34,421 nt of DNA from Octopus bimaculoides (taxonomy: Eukaryota), in assembly GCF_001194135.2 (NCBI RefSeq), contig NC_068982.1:81370065-81404485 (forward strand), read 5' to 3'. A program made the position numbers and the translations under genes. This document shows, in pieces, positions 11,686 to 21,829 of the stretch. Within the stretch, counting starts at the first letter, position 1. Each line of letters opens with the position of its first letter. The notes under the pieces are model-generated. The model ran no database searches, was not told the origin of the DNA, and worked only from the letters and a program-made list of their open reading frames with translations.

Positions 11686-11686
<1 letters not shown>
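10403..11686 (+). mobile_element. Near full-length (1284 bp) inactive mariner, cecropia/Hsmar1-like
   Basis: TIRs TCAGGTTATTAAGAATGAAATGTCC / GGACATTTTATTCTTAATGACCTGA; TA at 10401-10402 and 11687-11688. Transposase ~10588 (ATA start) to 11610 with NERTVRRWFEKF, GKVKKLDKWVPHEL, TCDEK, QENVRPH (D to E) and YSPDLAPTD. Confidence 0.95.

Positions 11687-11737
<51 letters not shown>
11687..11737. repeat. (TA)n microsatellite, right flank of the mariner pair
   Basis: Direct reading. Confidence 0.95.
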
Positions 11738-11744
<7 letters not shown>

Positions 11745-11979
11745 TACAAAGTGGATGTACACGAAGTACGATCATTGCTAGAACTAGCACCCGGTAAGCT
11801 ATCGGTGCTATGTAGAGGAATGAAGGATAATTCAGTACTGCAGTATTAAATTAACCTTCATTCCTCTAACGGCCTCTGTAGAGGTAATTCTAGTACTGCA
11901 ATCGATGGTATCGACTAAATTCTTTTCCTAAAATCCTGCTAAATTAGAAATCATTGTTTCAAAGCGTACATAAATATGT

Positions 11980-12080
11980 ACGTACGTACGTAAGTATGTA
12001 TGTATGTATGTATGTATGTATGTATGTATGTACGTACGTATGTATGTATGTATGTATGTATGTATGTATGTATGTATGTA
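11980..12080. repeat. (GTAT)n microsatellite
   Basis: Direct reading. Confidence 0.95.
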
Positions 12081-13493
12081 CTCCTGACAAGTCAATCGGC
12101 CATGTAGAGGCACCGCGTTGGCATGTTGTCCGCTGGTCTGTTGATTTCGCCCTTCATTGGCTCCTAATTATCAAGAATACTTATTAATCTTGAAAACCTG
12201 TTAATTATGAAGACCTGCTAATTATGAGGTCTGTTAATTAAAGATAGTTTCACATTATACGCCATGATGCAGATTATGATTTTATCAGCTTAAAACTTAT
12301 CTTGCTTCACCTGCTGTAACTTGTATCAAAATCACGCTGAACATTTCAAGATGTATAATTCCATACTGAATCAAAACATGGTTTCATACTGCTAATTCTA
12401 CTGTCAAACATTGAGTTATGAATTGAAAGGTAAGCACGGTTGAAGAGGAGAACAAGAAAAAACAAAACATATCTTTCAATTATTAACAAAATCAATCGGT
12501 GAGTTCATCGTCCGAAGCTCTGCTTTTGCTTTTAAACTAGAAGCAGGATCAATTTCTGTGACAGTTTCAATGAAAGACACGACCGTATTATATTGAGTAG
12601 ACAGAAAATCTGTCCAATTCACGCAAAATGTTCCACGTTTTCTTCCCACGTTGATCTCGAACCATTGACCGCGCTTCTGTCCGATTAACAGTATTCGTTT
12701 CCTCTCGCCTTCCATTCAAACATTCAACGTCTTCAACACTCCGTCCTCTACATCTTTCTCATTCGCCAATGTGACTTTTCCTCCAACCACCACCACATAC
12801 TATGTAGGCATAAGTTCATATTACATTGAACGCATGTATACACACATGCATACACACAATGAAAACCAACTCCACTGCTAATTAACATTTTTTTGCGCAT
12901 GTCCGTTATTCCAGTCCATCAAACACTTACAGTCTGTTGAGAACCCACAATGTCCTGCAGCCCACTTCCTTCATTCATTACTGCCACAACTTCCGGGTAA
13001 CACAACATTGAATTTTCTTTGTTCTCGTCCTTCAGAAAAGCCAAACTCTATCTCTCACAGTTTTTGTATCATCGTACCAACCACATTTATTGTCAGTCGA
13101 CGTCGGTGATGCTAAAATCCTAATAAGAACGTGTTTTTTTTTTTATATATATAATATTACATTTATTGTAGGGACAACATCTCTTTTGGGTCGCAGCATG
13201 GATCCACCATTGCTTCTGATTCTAGACGTTAGCCTTTCTTATGAAACAGCATATAACTCGTACCAGACAGACTGACATTTGATAAAAACTAAAAAACATT
13301 ACAATGAGTAACAAATGTTTTATTATTGACTTTTGTTTTTGTCTTAGTAAATGGTATTTCGCATTTGCTTCTGTCTAAAAATCAAAGGAAATGACAACCA
13401 TTCGCTTCAAACTTTGAGTTCCAGACCTGGACATGAATGTTTTGAAACTAACGTATTTGCCATTACATTTCAATGCAGAAGCAGAAATATCGT

Positions 13494-13660
13494 TATAGCA
13501 AATATTCTACTCAATATCACAGATTTGCTTGTCAATTGCCTAACCTCAACCACTTGAGCATGTCCCTTAGTGGCTGACAATATGTGCATCTCTGATCATG
13601 AGCAGGAGTAGTGGGGGAGTATCATAGTCATGTGTTGAGAGGGATTCTTTGGAGTTTGAA
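13494..13660. mobile_element. Non-coding dispersed repeat (copy 1 of 2 in window)
   Basis: Aligns along its length with 30245-30410 (CAGCAAATATTCTACTC...CACAGATTTGCTTGTC...TTGAGCATGTCCC..AGTGGCTGAC...TGCATCTCTGATCA...GTAGTGGGGGAG..TCATAGTCATGTGTTGAGAG). Confidence 0.8.
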
Positions 13661-13804
13661 TAAATGTAACAAAAGTAAAGTTTGAAGGTAATATTAGCCA
13701 TTTTTCATACTTTGTAGGGATAAGCAAATAGGAAATAACAGTTGCGACCCAAGGTAAAAAAAGAATCAAGCTACACAGCGTTATTTATCAGGGAAGATCT
13801 ACGT

Positions 13805-13985
13805 AGTCACTCACCTGCTAGAAATAGCAGCTAAATCTTCCACAAAACACACTCTGTTGTAATAAAAAGAGACACGGTGGATAATGTGATCCTAAGTTCC
13901 CTACATATAGAAAAGAGACGGGATGGTCACAACTGGAATGCCTTTGATCATTGATCTACTTAATCAGGACTGACCTGAAACTAAA
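13805..13985 (+). mobile_element. Probable dispersed repeat fragment
   Basis: CACCTGCTAGAAATAGCAGCTAAATC...GGATGGTCACAACTGGAATGCCTTTGATCA...GACTGACCTG is recognised from memory as a common octopus repeat; there is no second copy in the window to confirm it. Confidence 0.4.
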
Positions 13986-14872
13986 GAAAAAACACATGAC
14001 ACACCATTTATCACATGATTTGAACTCATATTAGTGAATTCTTCAATGTCAACACTTTCCCCACTAAGCTACACACCCCGTGAACAGATTACAGGGTGGA
14101 AGAAACGGAAACCAGAAAACACCAGCTTTGTAGGTAAGGAAGCCGCATAATGGCGGGAATCTACGATTCTCAAAATGTCTGCGCTGTTGCAGCCGCCCCA
14201 CTTCCATCAGCAACGCCACCTATATTATTCAACAGTAAGTGGAGTAAGTGCAGTTTGTGAAAACTGTACCAACCGGAAAGCAACAACAACAGCAAAAACA
14301 ACGACGACGACGACGACGATGACAAGAAAACATGAGAATAAAAAGAAACAAAAAAGCTGTATGTCTGTCTGTAGGTGATTGCTGTCAGTGGTAGACTTTA
14401 GTAGACAGCTTCATGGGTGTGTGTATGTCGTCGTAGAAGACGAAAGTGTGTAGAGGACAACAAGGGAGATAAGGAAGTGGTGTAGAAGAGAGATGAAAGG
14501 AAACAGTGTATTTCTACTACTACTACTACTACTACTACACACGCACACACAAGCACACATACGTACCTAGACACATAAAGTGACAAACACAAATACATAA
14601 ATGTGCACATACACGCATTCAAACTGACACATACATACATATAGATAAACATACGTATATACATACGCAAAATTAGCACATATGTGTGTACATGTGTCTT
14701 CGTGTGAGTGCGTCTGTGTGTACGTGTCTGTACCAACATACACATATATGAATACATACCTATGTGTNNNNNNNNNNNNNNNNNNNNNNNNNNNNNNNNN
14801 NNNNNNNNNNNNNNNNNNNNNNNNNNNNNNNNNNNNNNNNNNNNNNNNNNNNNNNNNNNNNNNNNNNNNNNN

Positions 14873-14914
<42 letters not shown>

Positions 14915-15758
14915 TGTACATACATTGCATACATTATATATATACACACGCAGACGCAGATACCAAATGCCTGAAAGAGATACGATAGAGAAAGAAAGAG
15001 GTAGAGAGGTGAACAAACAGAAGAAATTCAGGTGGTCGGCGAGGGTGATAGAGGAAGTAAACAAACAAACAAATAATAATAATAATTATTATTATAATAG
15101 CAAAAACAACTGCATCAACAACATTGATAACATAAATGCACGCGCGCTCGCACGCACGTACGTACGTACGTATGTATGTATGTATGTATGTATGTATGTA
15201 TATATGCATGTATGTATAGGTGCGTGTATAAATGTGTATCTACGTAGATATACATATATATTTATATATATTTATGGATAGGTATATATGTATGTATATA
15301 TATATATATATATATATNNNNNNNNNNNNNNNNNNNNNNNNNNNNNNNNNNNNNNNNNNNNNNNNNNNNNNNNNNNNNNNNNNNNNNNNNNNNNNNNNNN
15401 NNNNNNNNNNNNNNNNNNNNNNNNNNNNNNNNNNNNNNNNNNNNNNNNNNNNNNNNNNNNNNNNNNNNNNNNNNNNNNNNNNNNNNNNNNNNNNNNNNNN
15501 NNNNNNNNNNNNNNNNNNNNNNNNNNNNNNNNNNNNNNNNNNNNNNNNNNNNNNNNNNNNNNNNNNNNNNNNNNNNNNNNNNNNNNNNNNNNNNNNNNNN
15601 NNNNNNNNNNNNNNNNNNNNNNNNNNNNNNNNNNNNNNNNNNNNNNNNNNNNNNNNNNNNNNNNNNNNNNNNNNNNNNNNNNNNNNNNNNNNNNNNNNNN
15701 NNNNNNNNNNNNNNNNNNNNNNNNNNNNNNNNNNNNNNNNNNNNNNNNNNNNNNNNNN

Positions 15759-15925
15759 AAGAAGAAGAAGAAGAAGAAGAAGAAGAAGAAGAAGAAGAAG
15801 AAAAAGAAGAAGAAGAAGAAGAAGAAGAAGAAGAAGAAGAAGAAGAAGAAGAAGAAGAAGAAGAAGAAGAAGAAGAAGAAGAACAAGAAGAACAAGAAGA
15901 AGAAGAACAACAACAACAACAACAA
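15759..15925. repeat. (GAA)n/(CAA)n microsatellite
   Basis: Direct reading. Confidence 0.95.
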
Positions 15926-15986
15926 GAAATGAACGAATGAAAATAAAATAAAGGAACTGAATATTTGCAAATCTAAATGGCGGATA

Positions 15987-16897
15987 GGGGGCTCGCCTGA
16001 AAAGTTGATAGACTGACCAAGACCCTTTCATGGAATGTGACCAAATGAGGTTTATTTTTCAACATAGTTCCCCTTACCGTTCACACATCTTCCATCAGTG
16101 TTGCAGTGCTTGGATCTCTTTGGTGAAGAAGCCTTCATCCTGTTGGTCAAAAAAAGTCAACACCAGGTATGACGTCATCATCATTGTAATACTGGTTCCA
16201 AGCCAAGGGTTTTTCATGTTGGGGAAAAGATGATAGTCAGATGGGGTCAAATCAGGAGAATAGGTTGGCTGATCAAACAGTTCATGCACAACAACCATTG
16301 AAAGCAAAGACTTGTGTGCTGGAGCATTGTCCTGATGAAACAAATCCCTGAGCAAGTTAGCATAGTACTCTCCATTGATGGTATGACTCTTTTGAGGATA
16401 GTCAATAAATACAATGCCTTTTGCAGCTCAAAAGACTGAGGCCATCACTGACACCCAGCAGATGAAACGAACTTGGCCTTGTTTGGAGCAAATGTGGAGG
16501 GGTGTTTCCGCTCCATGGATTGTCACTTTCTCTCTGGCTTAAAGCGATGAAGTATGCTTTTGATCAGGTGTCAAAAGACGTGGCACCCACCGAGTGGAAA
16601 CTTTCGTCTTGCCAAGTTTATTGAGCAGAATATTCTCAACTATCTCGCGGGATATGTTAATAGCTTTGGTAGCTTTCTATCAGATCGTATTTATCGTCTA
16701 TCACCTGAACACGGTCAACGTTTCCTCACGGTGGCAGTTGCAGGACATCTAGAGCTTGGGTCATCTTCAGGACTCTCCCGCCCCCTCCGAAATTCAACTG
16801 TTATTAATAGAAGGAGAGAAAATTAATGCAAGCAAATTTTCACACCTCTAGCATCACTTCTTCGAAGTGAGCCTTTAAACCTTTCTGCTGATCATCG
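15987..16897 (-). mobile_element. Internally deleted mariner, irritans/Hsmar2-like
   Basis: Minus strand LFHQDNAPAHKS...TYSPDLTPSDYHLFPNMK; upstream GIVFIDY and INGEYYANLL segments. Degenerate TIRs (GGGGGCTCGCCTGAAAAGTT vs CGATGATCAGCAGAAAGGTT) flanked by TA at 15985-15986 and 16898-16899. Confidence 0.85.
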
Positions 16898-18255
16898 TAT
16901 GTGTATGTATGAGTGGGGGGGGGTATGTGTTGAGAGAGAGNNNNNNNNNNNNNNNNNNNNNNNNNNNNNNNNNNNNNNNNNNNNNNNNNNNNNNNNNNNN
17001 NNNNNNNNNNNNNNNNNNNNNNNNNNNNNNNNNNNNNNNNNNNNNNNNNNNNNNNNNNNNNNNNNNNNNNNNNNNNNNNNNNNNNNNNNNNNNNNNNNNN
17101 NNNNNNNNNNNNNNNNNNNNNNNNNNNNNNNNNNNNNNNNNNNNNNNNNNNNNNNNNNNNNNNNNNNNNNNNNNNNNNNNNNNNNNNNNNNNNNNNNNNN
17201 NNNNNNNNNNNNNNNNNNNNNNNNNNNNNNNNNNNNNNNNNNNNNNNNNNNNNNNNNNNNNNNNNNNNNNNNNNNNNNNNNNNNNNNNNNNNNNNNNNNN
17301 NNNNNNNNNNNNNNNNNNNNNNNNNNNNNNNNNNNNNNNNNNNNNNNNNNNNNNNNNNNNNNNNNNNNNNNNNNNNNNNNNNNNNNNNNNNNNNNNNNNN
17401 NNNNNNNNNNNNNNNNNNNNNNNNNNNNNNNNNNNNNNNNNNNNNNNNNNNNNNNNNNNNNNNNNNNNNNNNNNNNNNNNNNNNNNNNNNNNNNNNNNNN
17501 NNNNNNNNNNNNNNNNNNNNNNNNNNNNNNNNNNNNNNNNNNNNNNNNNNNNNNNNNNNNNNNNNNNNNNNNNNNNNNNNNNNNNNNNNNNNNNNNNNNN
17601 NNNNNNNNNNNNNNNNNNNNNNNNNNNNNNNNNNNNNNNNNNNNNNNNNNNNNNNNNNNNNNNNNNNNNNNNNNNNNNNNNNNNNNNNNNNNNNNNNNNN
17701 NNNNNNNNNNNNNNNNNNNNNNNNNNNNNNNNNNNNNNNNNNNNNNNNNNNNNNNNNNNNNNNNNNNNNNNNNNNNNNNNNNNNNNNNNNNNNNNNNNNN
17801 NNNNNNNNNNNNACTATCGGCCGAACGTAACATAAGAAATAGAATTATAAATATACAATGGTCAAAAGCCTTTCGACTATCAGACAGTGTAATAGGCTAG
17901 CACAAGGAGAAAGGAAATAGAAAAATTTTAACTGACCGGGTAGCGAGACAGAAACAGAACAGATGCGACTGACTTCAAAGGCGGTCAGCCGAAAGAGGAC
18001 AACATTGCATAAGACGGACAGCGATCACGTGGTAGAGCAGAGGATGAGTTAAAGAAGGCAGGAGGACTAAGGAATAGGAGAGAGGGGAAATAAATCAGAG
18101 GGACCAAATAATGAGAGGGAGGGGGAGAGAGAGAGAAACAAGGTACGAGGGAGGTGAGAAAGGGAAGCAAAAGAGATTGAGAGATAAGAGGGAGGGGAAA
18201 GGATTAAGGAATAGGAGAGCGGGAAAAAGAAATCAGAGGGAGAGAGGAACGATGA

Positions 18256-18292
<37 letters not shown>

Positions 18293-18348
18293 AGGAAGGA
18301 AAGGGGGAAAAGTGAGGAAAAGNNNNNNNNNNTGTATTTTTTATAATA

Positions 18349-18462
18349 GTCAATTCATGTTGCCTACGCACGTTTCGGTTTATTACTTAAATCCATATTT
18401 ATGCAATTAAATTGCATAATGAATTAGAAAAAGCAAGAACCTTCATCAGGGTAAAAATTGAC
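18349..18462 (-). ncRNA. Hammerhead ribozyme (type I, PLE-type), 3' pLTR copy
   Basis: Minus strand: GUCAAUU-U-UUACC CUGAUGA A [long stem II] CC GAAA CGUGC GUA GGCAA-CAUG-AAUUGAC. CUGAUGA is at 18449-18443; predicted cleavage is between 18365 and 18364. Confidence 0.8.
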
Positions 18463-19429
18463 TTTTATTTTTTCCCCACATCCTGTCCAATTGAATTATA
18501 GCATGTGCATCTTGGATTCTGTTCTAAAAATAGCGAGAAGTTGATTTTTAAAAAATCTCACTGGACTAGGGATAGGCATAGTTCAGAAGAACTAGGTCAT
18601 GTCATTATTCAATCTTTTTAGTGGTACAAAACCAGCTTTTTACAAGCTGGCCATTTATCTTCATCACTATTCAGTATGTCTGTAAGCAGATTACACATTA
18701 ACTATATAGTTTTATAAACCTGCCTTTACCATTTGTACTATCTATCATGTTCACAATACATATTTATATGTCCTTATTTATTTGTTAAAAAGTCTAAGTA
18801 TTTAGTTATTTGCTACCTTTTAAAAAAATCTAGGTATGTACTTATTTGCTACTTTTTACTTATTTATTTTTTTGCTTATTCTTATTGTAAGTAGTTATAT
18901 CAATTATTATTAATATAATTATTTATTTAGTTATATTAGCTAGTAGTTTGAGTTCTTACTTATGATTGTCTACTTAATAGTATAGAAGTGTAATTTTTAT
19001 TCATCATATAAACAGTGTTTATTTCCCCTAAAATCATTTAAATACAAAGAAGGTATGTTTAACTTTAAGAGAATAGGTATTATTGTATCATTCAAAACAG
19101 TGTTTATTTTAATTAAATTCATTTAAATTCAATAGATATATATTTCTAACTTTATGAAGACAAAAAGTCCCCTTCCCCTCTTATTATTAGTATAATTTAT
19201 TTAGATATATTAGTTGATAGTTTGGGTTCCTACATTATTCGTCTATTTAATCAATAGTGTAGCAGCATGATTCTTAGGATCATATACATGGTGTTTAATT
19301 CTTAACTAAAACTATTTAAATTCAGCGAAAGTATATTTGGTTTTATGAATTATTCCTATCTATAACTGTATTATTCACACAATTCTTATTTAGTAATATT
19401 CATTTTAATTTATTTAAATTTATTAAATG

Positions 19430-20430
19430 TATATTTAACCTATGCACACCACAAAATCCTCTTTCTTGTTTAATAATGTGTTTTGATGTAAGAATTTGAT
19501 AAATTTCCTCTATTCAGAGTTCACACCTTTTGTTCCCAATGCTATAGGATTTTGCCAGGGTAATTATTTCCCATCTCAATGTATATTCCCTATTTTATCC
19601 TTAATCACCCAAATTAGTTTAATAAAACTAATGCTTGCTCCTTTTTACTTATCCCTAAAGGTGTTTTGATGGTTCGATATCCCATTGATATAATTTTCTG
19701 TCGAACCTATATAGTAGTAATCCTGTCCCTCCGATGTTACCTTACACCTATATATAACACCCTTTTCCCTACAAAAATTTCTTAATCGACATCGTTCTTC
19801 CTTAGAACAATCACAGGTTTGATTTTTAGGAGCATTCCTTGTTTTCTTACCGAATATACTGCGTTTCTATATTATCTTCCGAGTTACTCTCTTTATATTT
19901 ATTTACTACGTTAGGAGACTAAACTATTGATTTGTCCACTTTCTCATTGCTTTCCTTATCTATCTTAATGTTTATATCATTTTCTCTTTCACCGTCATTG
20001 ATACTACTATAAATACTAGCATTTATATTTGTATTATTAGTGTTTGTGTTTTTATTATTGTTTTTGTTATATTAGGCTTATTATTTCTTCCCCTTTTAGA
20101 TTATATGCTTATATTTTTAGATTCTAGTGAGGAGTCTCTAAGAGTTACTTCCCTCCTTCATTTTTTGTGTATCTCATATTATCATTAAATTCTTAATTTC
20201 GGTCATTTAATAATTCATTTATATTCTGACTACATTTATTATTATAGTAATCATTTAATCTTTTAGTATTTTGCTTAGCTATAATTTGCGCTATGCTTCG
20301 TGAAGTACAAAAATCAGCTTTTAATTTGTGCGAGTTTATAACTTTATGGTATTTATTTTTCCCAGAAAAAAATGTTTAGAGGCCGCTTTGTAGAATAGTT
20401 TCATTATATTAGTTCTTATTTCACACATCC
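19430..20430 (-). pseudogene. Decayed PLE ORF C-terminus: thumb/linker, Asn-rich spacer, GIY-YIG endonuclease
   Basis: CEIRTNIMKLFYKAASKHF...HKLKADFCTSRSIAQIIAKQNTKRL; then CDCSKEERCRLRNFCREKGVIYRCKVTSEGQDYYYIGSTE (CxC at 19815, GVIY 19761-19750, YIG 19713-19705)...NHQNTF...KLIW...LRWEII...RCEL*IEEIYQIL...LNK. Contains frameshifts and stops. Confidence 0.85.
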
Positions 20431-20481
20431 TGACGAATGTGTGAAAAAGAGAAATAACAGTCAACTTTTACCTTGATAGCT

Positions 20482-20595
20482 GTCAATTTTTGCCCTGATG
20501 AAGGCTTTTGTTTTTTTAAATTCTCAATGCAATTTAATTGCATAAATATGGATTTAAGTAACAAACCGAAACGTGCGTAGGTAACATGAATTGAC
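20482..20595 (+). ncRNA. Hammerhead ribozyme (type I, PLE-type), inverted 5' pLTR copy
   Basis: Stem I 20482-20494 pairs with 20580-20595 (UUGCC/GGUAA, GUCAAUU/AAUUGAC). CUGAUGA 20495-20501; stem II 20502-20567; GAAA 20568-20571; GUA 20577-20579, with predicted cleavage after 20579. Confidence 0.85.
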
Positions 20596-20758
20596 TATTA
20601 TAATAAATATTTTGATTATTCTGTGGATGCATCCTCCATTTTCTTTGTATTGTTAAAATTTTTCTCCTATATCGAAAAGATGGAAACATCCATAGCGACA
20701 ACTGGAATTTCAAAAGTGTAAGGTACTAAAATCAAAGAAGTACCAACGATAAATACTA

Positions 20759-20806
<48 letters not shown>

Positions 20807-21264
20807 NNNNNNNNNNNNNNNNNNNNNNNNNNNNNNNNNNNNNNNNNNNNNNNNNNNNNNNNNNNNNNNNNNNNNNNNNNNNNNNNNNNTATATATATAT
20901 ATATATGTGGAATTTCCAGTATCCTTTAATTGATATTGAGTGGGTATCGCCCTTGGATTTGAGTTTTCGGAAAACAGTCATGCTGGAAGGTAGGATTGTT
21001 TGCATTATATTATATTATATTCTGGGTATATGCCCTGTTCGTATGTTTGTGTGTTGCGGTAGTTCGTCGTGGGGCATGTTTCTTCTATGTGTGGTTACAT
21101 TTGAGGCGGTAAATAATTACAAAATGCGTCTTCAAGAACTTATTCATTTAGTCTTTTTTTTATTTACTAGAATAATTAATTTCAATTCAGTTTCTGTTAA
21201 AGGTTTTATCACATATGTAATGTATTGGAAACTAAAAACAAATTAAATGAAGGAATTTTTCATA

Positions 21265-21624
21265 GGCGCTGGAGTAGCTGTGTGGTAAGTAGCATGCTTA
21301 CCAACCACATAGTTTTGGGTTCAGTCCCACTGCGTGACACTTTGGGCCGACCAAAGCATTATGAGTGGATTTTGTAGACGGAAACTGAAAGAAGCTCGTT
21401 GTATATGTGTGTCTGTGTGTGTGTTTGTACCCCAACATCGCTTGACAACCGATGCTGGTGTGTTTACGTCCTCGTAACTTAGCAGTTCGGCAAAAGAGTT
21501 CGATAGAATAAGTACAAAGCTTACAAAGAATAAGTCCTGGGGTTGATTTGCTCGACTAAAGGTGGTGCTCCACAATGGCCACAGTCAAATGACTGAAACA
21601 AATAAAAGAATAAAAGAATAAAAG
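21265..21624 (+). mobile_element. tRNA-derived SINE family B (CORE-like, partly deleted)
   Basis: A box TAGCTGTGTGG (21275), B box GGTTCAGTCCC (21318-21328), internal (TG)n, 3' tail (AATAAAAG)x3. Confidence 0.85.
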
Positions 21625-21829
21625 TTATTCTTACATTTAAACTGAATATTTGGATTATACCACAAGATATTTCTCGGTGCATTTTAAAGTTTTGGAACAT
21701 GAAAACCAATAATATATCGAATTTTATTCGAAAAACCATTATTACGAAATGCTTCATTCTAATGTTGATAAGTCTTAATGAATTGTAGTTTCATCAGAAG
21801 TTAACGAAGTTATTTGTTTACTGATATCA

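Larger units (their letters stand above)
18341..20603 (-). mobile_element. 5'-truncated Penelope-like element with inverted pseudo-LTRs
   Basis: ~120-bp inverted repeats at 18341-18462 and 20482-20603, each with a hammerhead motif. The decayed minus-strand ORF encodes a PLE linker and a GIY-YIG endonuclease. Confidence 0.9.

Noticed and set aside
12476-13080. Possible RTE-like LINE 3' remnant on the minus strand
   Set aside because: Only vague similarity (DVEDGVLKTLNV*MEGERKR) and no diagnostic motif; too weak to call.
19514-19516. In-frame TGA at a conserved Cys (CEL*) of the PLE endonuclease, suggesting selenocysteine as in some Naiad PLEs
   Set aside because: This copy also has TAA stops and frameshifts, TGY to TGA is one substitution, no SECIS was identified, and the element has a C-terminal EN with hammerheads, unlike Naiads. 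Revisit only if other copies share the TGA.
21265-21335. tRNA gene
   Set aside because: A/B boxes are present but there is no full cloverleaf, and it continues into SINE body and tail.
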